A stretch of DNA of 64,000 bases from assembly GCA_964486815.1 (NCBI GenBank), contig CAZAOO010000014.1, positions 16,041 to 80,040 of the forward strand. Direction: 5' to 3'. Made by a program: the position numbers and the translations under genes. Below, in pieces: positions 7,866 through 16,401 of this stretch. Below the pieces are notes generated by a model, which was given only the letters and a program-made list of their open reading frames with translations, made no database searches and had not been told where the DNA came from. The number at the start of each line of letters is the position of its first letter. The first letter of the stretch is position 1. The DNA is from an uncultured Thiotrichales bacterium. Lineage in GTDB: Bacteria > Pseudomonadota > Gammaproteobacteria > UBA4575.

Positions 7866-8846
7866 TTAGCCTTGCTTAAGCTTTAAGCTTGGTTTGTTTG
7901 TTTCTTTGTTACCAATAAGAAATATCAACATTCCAACTAATAGCATTAATATTTCAAAACCGTAGCCTAGCAAACCTGCGGATACACTCACCTCACTAGC
8001 CACTCCTAGCTGGGCAAAGAAAAACAGTAGAGAAGTCTCTCGCACCCCAAGCCCTCCCAGCGAAATAGGCATAAATAAAAGCACGAATACCAGCGGGACT
8101 AGTACAAGAAAATATATAAAATCTAGCTTTACACCTAAAGATAAAAACAAATAGTAAAATACTATGCATCTACTGAACTGTATGAATAGTGATATCAAAG
8201 CTATCGGTAAAAATACTTTCTTCAACACTGATAGATCGGCCAAGGCATTTATTAGCTTTGATAGTTGCGTATTCCATTTCTCGCTGAAACTAATTTTTAT
8301 TTTGTTGCCATACGTCCTCAATACATACAAGCCGACCAAAGCACCAATGGTTAAAATTATGATGCTGATGGTTGTTATAATCTTGATTTCATACAGATAC
8401 TCTAAGGGAGGAGAAAAATAAGCCGCAACAAATGCAACAAAAAACATTGAATACAAACCGATAATCCTATCGATAATTATCGAACCTGCAACATCTGCAG
8501 TTTGCCCATGTTGCTTTGAAACCTGATAGCCCCTTACCAGATCTGTTCCCGCCCCACCTGGTGTAAGAAAGCCAGCAGGCATACTCACAAATATTATTTT
8601 AATTACTTTCAATAGACTTACAGGGATTGCATATGCCGAGAGTATTACTTTCCAGCGCAAAGAAATTAGTATTCGATTGAAAACAAACACGGCTAATGCC
8701 AATATAATCAGCCAATAGTTAGCTTGTCTTATAGTTAAAAACAAGTTTGATAAATCTATTTTTGTGTAAATAAATCCTAAAAATGCTAGCGTAAGCAATA
8801 CACGAATACTTTTACTCAAATGGAGTTTTGAAATGATATTTTTCAC
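7866..8846 (-). CDS. Flippase-like integral membrane protein (lysylphosphatidylglycerol-synthase TM-region / UPF0104 family)
   Basis: Polytopic membrane protein. The N-terminal KIDLSNLFLTIRQANYWLIILALAVFVFNRILISLRWKVIL is typical of this family. Confidence 0.6.
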   Translation of the reverse strand: MKNIISKLHLSKSIRVLLTLAFLGFIYTKIDLSNLFLTIRQANYWLIILALAVFVFNRILISLRWKVILSAYAIPVSLLKVIKIIFVSMPAGFLTPGGAGTDLVRGYQVSKQHGQTADVAGSIIIDRIIGLYSMFFVAFVAAYFSPPLEYLYEIKIITTISIIILTIGALVGLYVLRTYGNKIKISFSEKWNTQLSKLINALADLSVLKKVFLPIALISLFIQFSRCIVFYYLFLSLGVKLDFIYFLVLVPLVFVLLFMPISLGGLGVRETSLLFFFAQLGVASEVSVSAGLLGYGFEILMLLVGMLIFLIGNKETNKPSLKLKQG

Positions 8847-9200
8847 AGCTGTATTGGATGGAGCGTCAATCCTAAATGGTTAAAAAATATTTTTTAGTCT
8901 CAAAATTAAACTCGCATCTCAAAAGTTTGCCATGAGGATAGTTACGCCACCAAAATATAAAATCGTCAACAGTCTTGAGAAATTTTAAAATATAACAACT
9001 TTTCTAGCTAACACATTTGGACCAACCACTAGCGCCTAGCAAATAAATGATACCTATAAGAAAATAAATATATGAGGTTTAGTAGCCAAAATTTAGATCT
9101 GCCTCACGAAGCAATTCCAAATAAGCGATACCAGACGTTGGAATGTTATACAACAGCGCTTAAATTAACCGCCTAAGTTAAGAACGAACGTTTTATCGAA

Positions 9201-9728
9201 TTACCTTCTTGTAAAGATTACCTTGCCAGGATTACCTTGGACTATTGAATTTTGAGGAATTCTACCCGAAACTACTGTGTTAGGCGTTAAAATCGAACCG
9301 CTTCCTATTTCAGCCCCATCTAAAACAACACAGCCTGAACTTATCCAAACATCATTGCCGATAGTTATTCCCTTGGATATCTTTTCTTGCTTACACATCG
9401 GTATGTCTAACCGATCATAGCTATAGTTAATGCTGATAATTGAAGCACTCGGACCAATCATGCAATGATCACCAATCTCTATCCCTTTTTTATGTGCTGC
9501 AATAAATGAATTTGTTGCAATGCTTACATTTGCACCTATTCGTAGCGGCCCGTCAGAGGCCTTAACCTTGCAAAATGAACTAATTACTGAGCCCTTACCA
9601 ATACTCAAGTACGGTGTGATTTCTACTTCAGCTCTGGGACTTACTTTGCATTTAAATTTAAACCAAGCTTTAACTGTTACGAAAAAAGGAGGTTCCAAGA
9701 ATCTGCGAACTAATGCAACTGATTTCAT
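9201..9728 (-). CDS. Left-handed beta-helix (hexapeptide-repeat) acyl/acetyltransferase
   Basis: Hexapeptide repeats IGDHCMIGPSASII and ITIGNDVWISSGCVVLDGAEIGSGSILTPNTVVSGRIPQNSIVQGNPGKVI. The start overlaps the stop of the carrier-protein gene by 4 nt (9725-9728), suggesting translational coupling. Confidence 0.85.
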   Translation of the reverse strand: MKSVALVRRFLEPPFFVTVKAWFKFKCKVSPRAEVEITPYLSIGKGSVISSFCKVKASDGPLRIGANVSIATNSFIAAHKKGIEIGDHCMIGPSASIISINYSYDRLDIPMCKQEKISKGITIGNDVWISSGCVVLDGAEIGSGSILTPNTVVSGRIPQNSIVQGNPGKVIFTRR

Positions 9729-9958
9729 CCTGTAACAGAGTGATTATCTAACATTTTCTTAATATCTCTAACACTTAACATGCTTTGAATTTCCTGCATG
9801 GATAAGTTTATTTTATATTCTTCTTCTATAGCAGTAACCAATCTAAGATGATTCATAGAATCCCACAGACTAATAGTATCTGGATTATGCTCATCTCTGA
9901 CACCTGCTTCATCGATACCTAATACTTCTGATAGAATTTTTTCAACTGCTTTTGGCAT
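9725..9958 (-). CDS. Acyl/peptidyl carrier protein (DltC-like)
   Basis: The 77-aa acidic protein carries the phosphopantetheine-attachment context DTISLWDSMNHLRLVTAIEEEY (a DSM serine, as in DltC-type carriers). Confidence 0.8.
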   Translation of the reverse strand: MPKAVEKILSEVLGIDEAGVRDEHNPDTISLWDSMNHLRLVTAIEEEYKINLSMQEIQSMLSVRDIKKMLDNHSVTG

Positions 9959-10088
9959 AATACTCTTAACCTAAGTTATAAGATCTAAATGTAACATTTA
10001 CTTGCCATATGCTGAACCGACTTAGTTAACTTTTTGTTAATTATATACACTAAAAAACTAGATTTAGTTTGAAAAACATTAGATAACT

Positions 10089-10123
10089 TATTGTTTATGG
10101 GATTTTAAATCCCATAAACAATA
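10089..10123. promoter_or_regulatory. 35-bp perfect palindrome (17+1+17) in a divergent promoter region; candidate operator or hairpin
   Basis: tattgtttatgggattt-t-aaatcccataaacaata. The arms are exact reverse complements. It lies 131 bp from the carrier-protein start (9958) and about 145 bp from the formyltransferase start (10268). Confidence 0.5.
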
Positions 10124-10204
10124 TCGGTTAACTTGAAATCAAAAGCTATCTACCACTATTATTTATTAATACCTAATGCTTTTGTTTAGAGTGTATAATC
10201 TGCT

Positions 10205-10227
10205 TGTAACACTACAGTGTAACACTA
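10205..10227 (+). promoter_or_regulatory. Direct repeat TGTAACACTA-N3-TGTAACACTA just downstream of a consensus TATAAT (10194-10199)
   Basis: Exact 10-mers lie at 10205-10214 and 10218-10227 (13-bp period). TATAAT at 10194-10199 is a possible -10 element for the formyltransferase gene, but no good -35 element was seen. Confidence 0.35.
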
Positions 10228-10267
10228 GTTTTAATATTAGAAATAAATATTTATTTATTAAACTAAA

Positions 10268-11263
10268 GTGGTGAAAATGTTGAAGAAAAAAGTCGTTGTC
10301 ATTGGAAATGGGAAAATCGCTCTTGATTGTCTAAAAATTCTACAAGAGTACGATTATGAGCTATCAATTGTTCAGGTATTTTTTGAAACGAATGATCACT
10401 CAACCCCTTCTCGAATCAAAAATTTCTGCAGCAGACATAATATTAATTGTGCAGATGCAAATAGCCTAAATAATCAAATTACTGTCAACGAAATTGCAAG
10501 CCTGAATCCAGACATTATTTTCAACATAAATAATGGCCTAATATTGAGCAAATCTATAATAGACTCTACGAAAATAGGCGCCGTTAATTTCCATAATGGG
10601 CCTCTTCCACTATATCGCGGCCATGGTCATGCAGTTCTGTTTTGGGCTATTTTTAATGGTGAAAATCAATACGGCGTTACCTGGCATTTTATGGAACCTA
10701 GCGTTGATACTGGAGATATCATTGCGCAAAAGATATTTAAGATCCCTGAAAATGAAAATGCTTTGGGTTTAAATTTTAAGTGCATTATTGAGGGCATAAA
10801 TCTATTTGAAAAAGTTTTAAAGAATTTGTTATCTGGCAACTACAAACGCTCACAACAACAGGGCCAATCATCCAGATATTTATCAAAAAACGTCCCTAAC
10901 CAAGGCTACATTGATTTCAATTGGTCTTATGAAAAAATTGATCGTTTTTTGCGTGCAACTGACTTTAAGCCTTATTATAATTTATTTTCATATGCAAAAA
11001 TTAACTTTAACAGTAATAGCTTCATTGTTATTTCAGCAAAACCGCATAGTTTGAAAACACATAGTTATAAGGTAGGTGAAATAGTTGATATTACTGATGC
11101 TTACTTAAGAGTTGCAGCGAAAGATTCAATAATTGATATAACTAGGATTATGACCTTAGATAAAAACGAAATTTCTATAAAACAGTTAAAGCATGAGTTT
11201 CATATAGAGCCCAAAGCATTACTCAATTCCAATAATTATGACGACCTGAGAATAGCTTCATAG
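10268..11263 (+). CDS. Formyltransferase family protein (Fmt/ArnA-N-like) with a C-terminal domain
   Basis: VNFHNGPLPLYRG matches the (I/V)N.H.SLLP.YRG catalytic motif, with Asn and His retained. SVDTGDIIAQ supplies the conserved Asp. The ORF starts at GTG 10268, with an alternative ATG at 10277. Confidence 0.8.
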   Translation: MVKMLKKKVVVIGNGKIALDCLKILQEYDYELSIVQVFFETNDHSTPSRIKNFCSRHNINCADANSLNNQITVNEIASLNPDIIFNINNGLILSKSIIDSTKIGAVNFHNGPLPLYRGHGHAVLFWAIFNGENQYGVTWHFMEPSVDTGDIIAQKIFKIPENENALGLNFKCIIEGINLFEKVLKNLLSGNYKRSQQQGQSSRYLSKNVPNQGYIDFNWSYEKIDRFLRATDFKPYYNLFSYAKINFNSNSFIVISAKPHSLKTHSYKVGEIVDITDAYLRVAAKDSIIDITRIMTLDKNEISIKQLKHEFHIEPKALLNSNNYDDLRIAS

Positions 11264-12763
11264 TTGACTAAGTTTTTTCCTATCAATTTTTCCATTAAGA
11301 TTATGTGGCAACTCATTTAAGTATATTATTTCTCTAGGTATCATGTAATAAGCAAGCTTAGTTGCTAAGTGTTCTTCTAATTTCTGTTTCGTCGCAGCAT
11401 CACCAATCAAATACAACATTAAACTTTCACTATTACCCTTATTGGAAGACATGACGGCTGCCACATTCGAATGCCCAACATAATCACGAACAATATGCTC
11501 TATTTCACCTAATTCAACTCTATGACCATCAATTTTTACTTGATAATCGATTCTCCCACAGTGAATATAATCTCCTTGATCATTGATAAATACGCGATCT
11601 CCAGTTCGATAAAAGGTTTCATCGCTATGATCATCAAATTTAAAAAAAGCATCTTTAGTCTTATCAACATCATTCCAATATTGATCAGTAACCTGTAACC
11701 CAGCAAGGCAAAGCTCTCCTTCTTGACCGATTGCAACAGGTTTTTTATTTGCATCAATTATTTCAACTCTCATACCTGGAAACGGCTTGCCAATAGGTAA
11801 AATACCGCGCACAGATTCATCAGCTGAATTATTTGAAAAGTTATAGGCAATGCAGTAAACCGTTGCCTCTGTAGGACCATAAGCATTTTGAATTACTGCA
11901 TTAGGAACGCAATTAGACCATGCATGGGCAAGCTTATATGGCAACGGCTCACCACAAAAAATACTATGTCGTATTGTGTCAAATTTTAACTCATTAAAAT
12001 ACCGCTCTAAGTACGACAAAACTGAGGGCACCATTGGTGCAACGGTTATTTTATAACGCTCCAAATAATCTACGATATTTAAATATGAGATTCCCTTATC
12101 AGGAACCACATAACAGCATGCGCCTACACATAAAGGTATAAAGAAAGTCATAATAGAAAAGTCAAATGTCAATTGAAACATTTGCAAAAATCTGTCTTCT
12201 TCACAAAAATCATATAACCCGCTCTCTAAATTAATAGCAATGAATTTATTTAAATTTTTATTGTATATTGGCACTCCTTTTGGAGTACCAGTACTACCAG
12301 AGGTAAATAATAAATAACATAATTTTTCATCATCAATGGGTGGACAATCTAAATCCAAATCAGAAGCTGCTAATGCATTTGTATTTATTATTTTGAGCTC
12401 GTGATTTGTGTTGTTTTTTAATCCATCCAACAACTGATGATTTTTAGAAGCGAGAATTACGTTTACGTTTGCATCATTGATAATTGTAGCATTACGGTCT
12501 TGAGGGTTGTTTTTACTTATAGGAACATATGCTGCACCTGTTGAAAGAATTGCTAAAATGGAAGCATAGGTGTATACATCATCGCCCGTTAGCACACCAA
12601 TCGGATCATTCTTACAAAATTTTTCATGCAAAATGAGTTCTTTTATGGTTTTAGCAATTCTAGTGAACTCTTTATAACTATAGTATTGGCCATTAACATG
12701 AATAGCTTTTCTTTCCGGAAAAGCTTCCGTTATTTTAATAATTTTATGAATTACAGAGATCAT
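11258..12763 (-). CDS. Adenylate-forming enzyme, an amino-acid-type adenylation protein (DltA / NRPS A-domain-like)
   Basis: Core motifs LLFTSGSTGTPKGV (A3), QLTFDFSIM (A4, with the Asp that anchors an alpha-amino group), NAYGPTEATV (A5), YRTGD (A7), GRIDYQVKIDGHRVELGEIE (A8) and NGKIDRKKL (A10). Confidence 0.85.
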   Translation of the reverse strand: MISVIHKIIKITEAFPERKAIHVNGQYYSYKEFTRIAKTIKELILHEKFCKNDPIGVLTGDDVYTYASILAILSTGAAYVPISKNNPQDRNATIINDANVNVILASKNHQLLDGLKNNTNHELKIINTNALAASDLDLDCPPIDDEKLCYLLFTSGSTGTPKGVPIYNKNLNKFIAINLESGLYDFCEEDRFLQMFQLTFDFSIMTFFIPLCVGACCYVVPDKGISYLNIVDYLERYKITVAPMVPSVLSYLERYFNELKFDTIRHSIFCGEPLPYKLAHAWSNCVPNAVIQNAYGPTEATVYCIAYNFSNNSADESVRGILPIGKPFPGMRVEIIDANKKPVAIGQEGELCLAGLQVTDQYWNDVDKTKDAFFKFDDHSDETFYRTGDRVFINDQGDYIHCGRIDYQVKIDGHRVELGEIEHIVRDYVGHSNVAAVMSSNKGNSESLMLYLIGDAATKQKLEEHLATKLAYYMIPREIIYLNELPHNLNGKIDRKKLSQL

Positions 12764-12844
12764 TAAATTTGATACCTTCTATTTCTAAATTTTGGGTCGC
12801 GCATTATCTATCTTAAAAATTACCGCTAAGTTAAGCTATGATGA

Positions 12845-12860
12845 TGTGATTTGTTTCACA
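12845..12860. promoter_or_regulatory. Perfect CRP/Vfr/Clp-type palindrome TGTGA-TTTGTT-TCACA in a divergent promoter region
   Basis: atgTGTGAtttgttTCACAgaa matches 10/10 core positions. It lies 82 bp from the adenylation-gene start (12763) and 136 bp from the SDR start (12996). GATAAT-like -10 candidates flank it on both strands (12900-12905 on plus; 12803-12808 read on minus). Confidence 0.55.
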
Positions 12861-12995
12861 GAATCAATAAACTAAATAGAAAAAAACAGTTGGTTAACAG
12901 ATAATACTTATTACCCACGATTTCAGTAAGCGTATTAAATCCTTACAGCACTTAAGGCTTATACTATCCAAACATACTACGCAGATAATTTAAAC

Positions 12996-13994
12996 ATGAT
13001 AAATTTTTGGGAAAATAGAAAAGTCCTAGTAACAGGAGCCGGTGGCTTCACAGGCAGCAATTTGTGTAATAAGTTAGCTAGTGAAAATGCTCAAGTCACT
13101 GCATTTTTACGTTCCAATGGATCAAAACGTGAGCTACATCCATCGATAGAAGTGGTCACTGGCGATTTAACCAAGCCTCAAGATTGTATTCGAGCGATGC
13201 AAGGAATAGATACTGTTTTTAACGTTGCTGCGGTATTTAGAAATGTGAAAGGTTCTGAACAACAGCTTAGGGATATCCATGTGCATGCTACAGAGAACCT
13301 GATCAGAGCTGCAAAAAAAGAAGGTTGTCGCCGATTTGTGCATACCAGCACTATGGGTGTGCACGGACATGTAAAAGATGGCCCAGGAAATGAAGAGACT
13401 GAGTTTTCTCCTGGCGATGCCTACCAAGAAACTAAAGTTGAAGGCGAATTATTAGCTTTTAAACTGGCAAAAGAACTAGACTTAGAATTAACTGTTATTC
13501 GACCTTGTGGGATTTATGGGCCAGGTGATACCCGTTTTCTGAAATTGGTAAAGCCGATTAAGAAACGTCAATTCTTCATGATTGGCAGTGGCAATACTCA
13601 TTACCACTTCGTTTATATCGATGATTTAGTCAACGGCTATATGTTAGCTGGTGAAAAACCCGGTGCAGTGGGAGAAGCTTTTTTAATTGGTGGCAAAGAT
13701 GCGCCAACACTGAACGAACTGGCTAGAAAAATTGCTGAAATTCAAAATGCTCCTGCGCCAAAATTCAAGATTCCGGTATGGCCAATCTACTATGCTGGTT
13801 GGGCGTGTGAAATAATCTTTGGCTTGTTTAAAATTGAGCCGATATTGCATCGTCGTAGAGTTGCGTTTTTTACCAAAAATAGAGATTTTACAATTGCTAA
13901 AGCTCAAAACTTATTAGGCTATGAGCCCAAAGTCGGACTGGAGCAAGGGCTCACCTCTTTAATCAACTGGTATGAAAGTGAAGGTTTGATTTAA
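12996..13994 (+). CDS. NAD-dependent epimerase/dehydratase (extended SDR)
   Basis: VLVTGAGGFTGSNL Rossmann motif, and YQETK as the YxxxK catalytic motif. Confidence 0.85.
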   Translation: MINFWENRKVLVTGAGGFTGSNLCNKLASENAQVTAFLRSNGSKRELHPSIEVVTGDLTKPQDCIRAMQGIDTVFNVAAVFRNVKGSEQQLRDIHVHATENLIRAAKKEGCRRFVHTSTMGVHGHVKDGPGNEETEFSPGDAYQETKVEGELLAFKLAKELDLELTVIRPCGIYGPGDTRFLKLVKPIKKRQFFMIGSGNTHYHFVYIDDLVNGYMLAGEKPGAVGEAFLIGGKDAPTLNELARKIAEIQNAPAPKFKIPVWPIYYAGWACEIIFGLFKIEPILHRRRVAFFTKNRDFTIAKAQNLLGYEPKVGLEQGLTSLINWYESEGLI

Positions 13995-14022
13995 CACAAC
14001 TAGCGCATAGTAAATTTTTAAA

Positions 14023-15594
14023 CTAGCGATGCTGACTTAATCTTGCATGAATTTTTTCTGATTGTGATTGCGTCTCATCATTATCACTATAAATATTAAG
14101 TTTTTCTGACAAATCTTTAATGATTTCATCCAAATCATTCGTTGCTAACAAACCGCGTACGGCCAAATTATTTCTACGTAAAACATAATCTTCTATTTTC
14201 AGTACCATTTCTGTACCTATCGAGCGCTTGATATGTTGTTTTTGATTTTTACGATACACAGAAACGATTTCTTCTTCGGAAACACTAGCATCAAGTGACA
14301 AGTCATCAACAACTGAAAGCTCGTCTCTTAGCTCTTCAATTGCATAGCTCGGCAAATCTTTTACTTCTATCTTTAAACTTTTAAATATTTTTCTAACAAC
14401 TTGTTGTGCTGTGCTACGTGCAGTGGTGTATTTAACCCCCACAACCGAAAATAGGTTTTGAATATCATCCTGTTCTGCATGATCAATCAAATTTGTATGA
14501 TGAGCACGAGAATTATTATCATCTTCAGCAGGTGTAAAGCCAGCATAGACATACCTAATATCTTTTAAGGACAATCTTAAAGAAGGATAAGCTTCATTTA
14601 TTTCTTCTATAAAGCCTGGTAATTCATTCGCAACATTAGTATCTAAAGGCGCTTCTATTTGATGTTCTGATTCATGTTTTGGTTCATGTTTAAAATGGGC
14701 TGTACCGATTACGGTTTTATTTAACCATGGTGTAAAAAAATAAACGCGTTTACTAGAGCCCACTACAGCATCCGAAGCACGTTTGCTCTTTACACCAAAG
14801 GCAAAGTCTTTATTAATACTATCAACCACTATATTAAAATTCTTCGACAAAGGCTGATGCTTATATTTATCAGCTTTTAATTTGAATTTGAGCAATTTAT
14901 ACGCCCATGGTCCTGTAGCATTCACAACTACTGAAGCATGAATATCAAATTCCCGTCCTGTCACTTCATCCTTTGCACACACACCAATGGCTTTATCCGA
15001 AGTAAGCAATATTTCTTGCACACTTACATAGTTAGCCAAACACAAACCTCGGTTATAAGCGTCCTTGAGCAATTCAATATGCAAGCGATCTGCATCTACG
15101 ATTTGACCGTCATACCAGACGGCTCCACCGCTAATATTACTACCATCAATATCCGGTAATAAATTCTGGCACTCTGCTTTGGATATCATATGACCGTTTG
15201 GATATGCTCTTTGTCGAGACTGTAGCGCAGCTACCGAATTATGCATGCTTACCGCAGCTCCCAAAGCAAATGGTCCTCTAGATCCATAGCCATATGTAGG
15301 CAAAACAAACTTCATAGGTTTAATTAAACGCTTTGATATCTGCATCCACATTTCACGTTCGCGCACAGATTCATAGACACGCTTAAAATTTAAATGTTGA
15401 AAATAGCGGATACCGCCATGAATTACTTTAAGCGAGTTATGTGAAGTAGCGCTACCAAAATCGCCAGCTTCAATTAGACAAACCTTTAATCCTCGCAGCA
15501 CCGCATCTCGCGCGATAAATATGCCATAGATCCCTGCACCTATCACCAGAACATCGAATTTGGTATGTTCTAACTGATCAAGGTCGCGCTGCAT
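14023..15594 (-). CDS. FAD-dependent oxidoreductase, glycerol-3-phosphate dehydrogenase/oxidase (GlpD)-like
   Basis: The N-terminal FDVLVIGAGIYGIFIARDAVLRGLKVCLIEAGDFGSATSHNSLKVIHGGIRYFQH closely follows the GlpD-type dinucleotide-binding and signature region. Confidence 0.75.
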   Translation of the reverse strand: MQRDLDQLEHTKFDVLVIGAGIYGIFIARDAVLRGLKVCLIEAGDFGSATSHNSLKVIHGGIRYFQHLNFKRVYESVREREMWMQISKRLIKPMKFVLPTYGYGSRGPFALGAAVSMHNSVAALQSRQRAYPNGHMISKAECQNLLPDIDGSNISGGAVWYDGQIVDADRLHIELLKDAYNRGLCLANYVSVQEILLTSDKAIGVCAKDEVTGREFDIHASVVVNATGPWAYKLLKFKLKADKYKHQPLSKNFNIVVDSINKDFAFGVKSKRASDAVVGSSKRVYFFTPWLNKTVIGTAHFKHEPKHESEHQIEAPLDTNVANELPGFIEEINEAYPSLRLSLKDIRYVYAGFTPAEDDNNSRAHHTNLIDHAEQDDIQNLFSVVGVKYTTARSTAQQVVRKIFKSLKIEVKDLPSYAIEELRDELSVVDDLSLDASVSEEEIVSVYRKNQKQHIKRSIGTEMVLKIEDYVLRRNNLAVRGLLATNDLDEIIKDLSEKLNIYSDNDETQSQSEKIHARLSQHR

Positions 15595-15621
15595 AGAGGC
15601 TTTTGGTGTGAATTTGTTTGC

Positions 15622-16377
15622 TTATTTTTGGCAAAATGCCATTAAATGATGACCTGTTCTTTGAATCACGGATTTGGGAAGAACATTGTACGCACCGACA
15701 AAAATTTTGTTATATAACAAAGCCTTCAATCCACTATGCACCTTGGTCGCAACCGGAAATCTTTCCGGGACAATCTTCTTCTGAGAAAAAGGTGACAACA
15801 TATTCTCGAATTCCTTGATCGAGTACAAATAAAAGACCGGTGCTTCTAGATGGTCGATCTCCACTTTCATGAGCTTATGCATCGCATTTAACCAAGATCT
15901 ACGATTAACCGTCATCAAGATCGCTTCTCCACCTGGTTTTAATACTCGTGCAATTTCATCAATCATCTTTTGAGGGTCAGGAGTAAAATGCAAAACGGTA
16001 TGACAATAGACCATATCAAAACTATTATCTTCAAATTCCAGTGCTTCACCGTCCATCACATGAAACTCTCCGACTAAATTTCGTAATGCAAAATTACTTT
16101 TTGCAAGTTCAATTGAGTGCTCAGCAAGATCAATACCGACAATATTCGCACCGCCTCTAGCAAATCTAGTAAGATCGTTGCCTGTACCACACCCTACATC
16201 AAGAATTTTTTTGCCTTTATAACCCGAAAAATTAACCACTTTAGGCAGATAATGAAGTTTTTCAAACCTGTACTCTTCAATTTCTAAAAAAAACTCCAGC
16301 GTACCGGCTGGACTTTTGGCCACTTTCCAATCATGGATATGATTATTCCAAAATTCACGAACGGCTTCTTTACTCAT
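15622..16377 (-). CDS. Class I SAM-dependent methyltransferase
   Basis: Motif I ILDVGCGTGNDL, plus post-I and motif II regions (IVGIDLA, FDMVYCHTVLHF). Confidence 0.85.
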   Translation of the reverse strand: MSKEAVREFWNNHIHDWKVAKSPAGTLEFFLEIEEYRFEKLHYLPKVVNFSGYKGKKILDVGCGTGNDLTRFARGGANIVGIDLAEHSIELAKSNFALRNLVGEFHVMDGEALEFEDNSFDMVYCHTVLHFTPDPQKMIDEIARVLKPGGEAILMTVNRRSWLNAMHKLMKVEIDHLEAPVFYLYSIKEFENMLSPFSQKKIVPERFPVATKVHSGLKALLYNKIFVGAYNVLPKSVIQRTGHHLMAFCQK

Positions 16378-16401
16378 ATTCTTAATATTTATTAGTTATA
16401 A

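Noticed and set aside
9071-9175. 34-codon ORF (MRFSSQNLDLPHEAIPNKRYQTLECYTTALKLTA) in the 354-bp gap upstream of the flippase-like gene
   Set aside because: It has no SD, no recognisable motif, no TM segment and no PEP-CTERM-like tail. It cannot be distinguished from chance.
13998-14028. Direct repeat AACTAGCG x2 between or overlapping the convergent SDR and flavoenzyme gene ends
   Set aside because: An 8-mer repeated once at 23-bp spacing is within chance expectation, and the second copy overlaps a stop codon.
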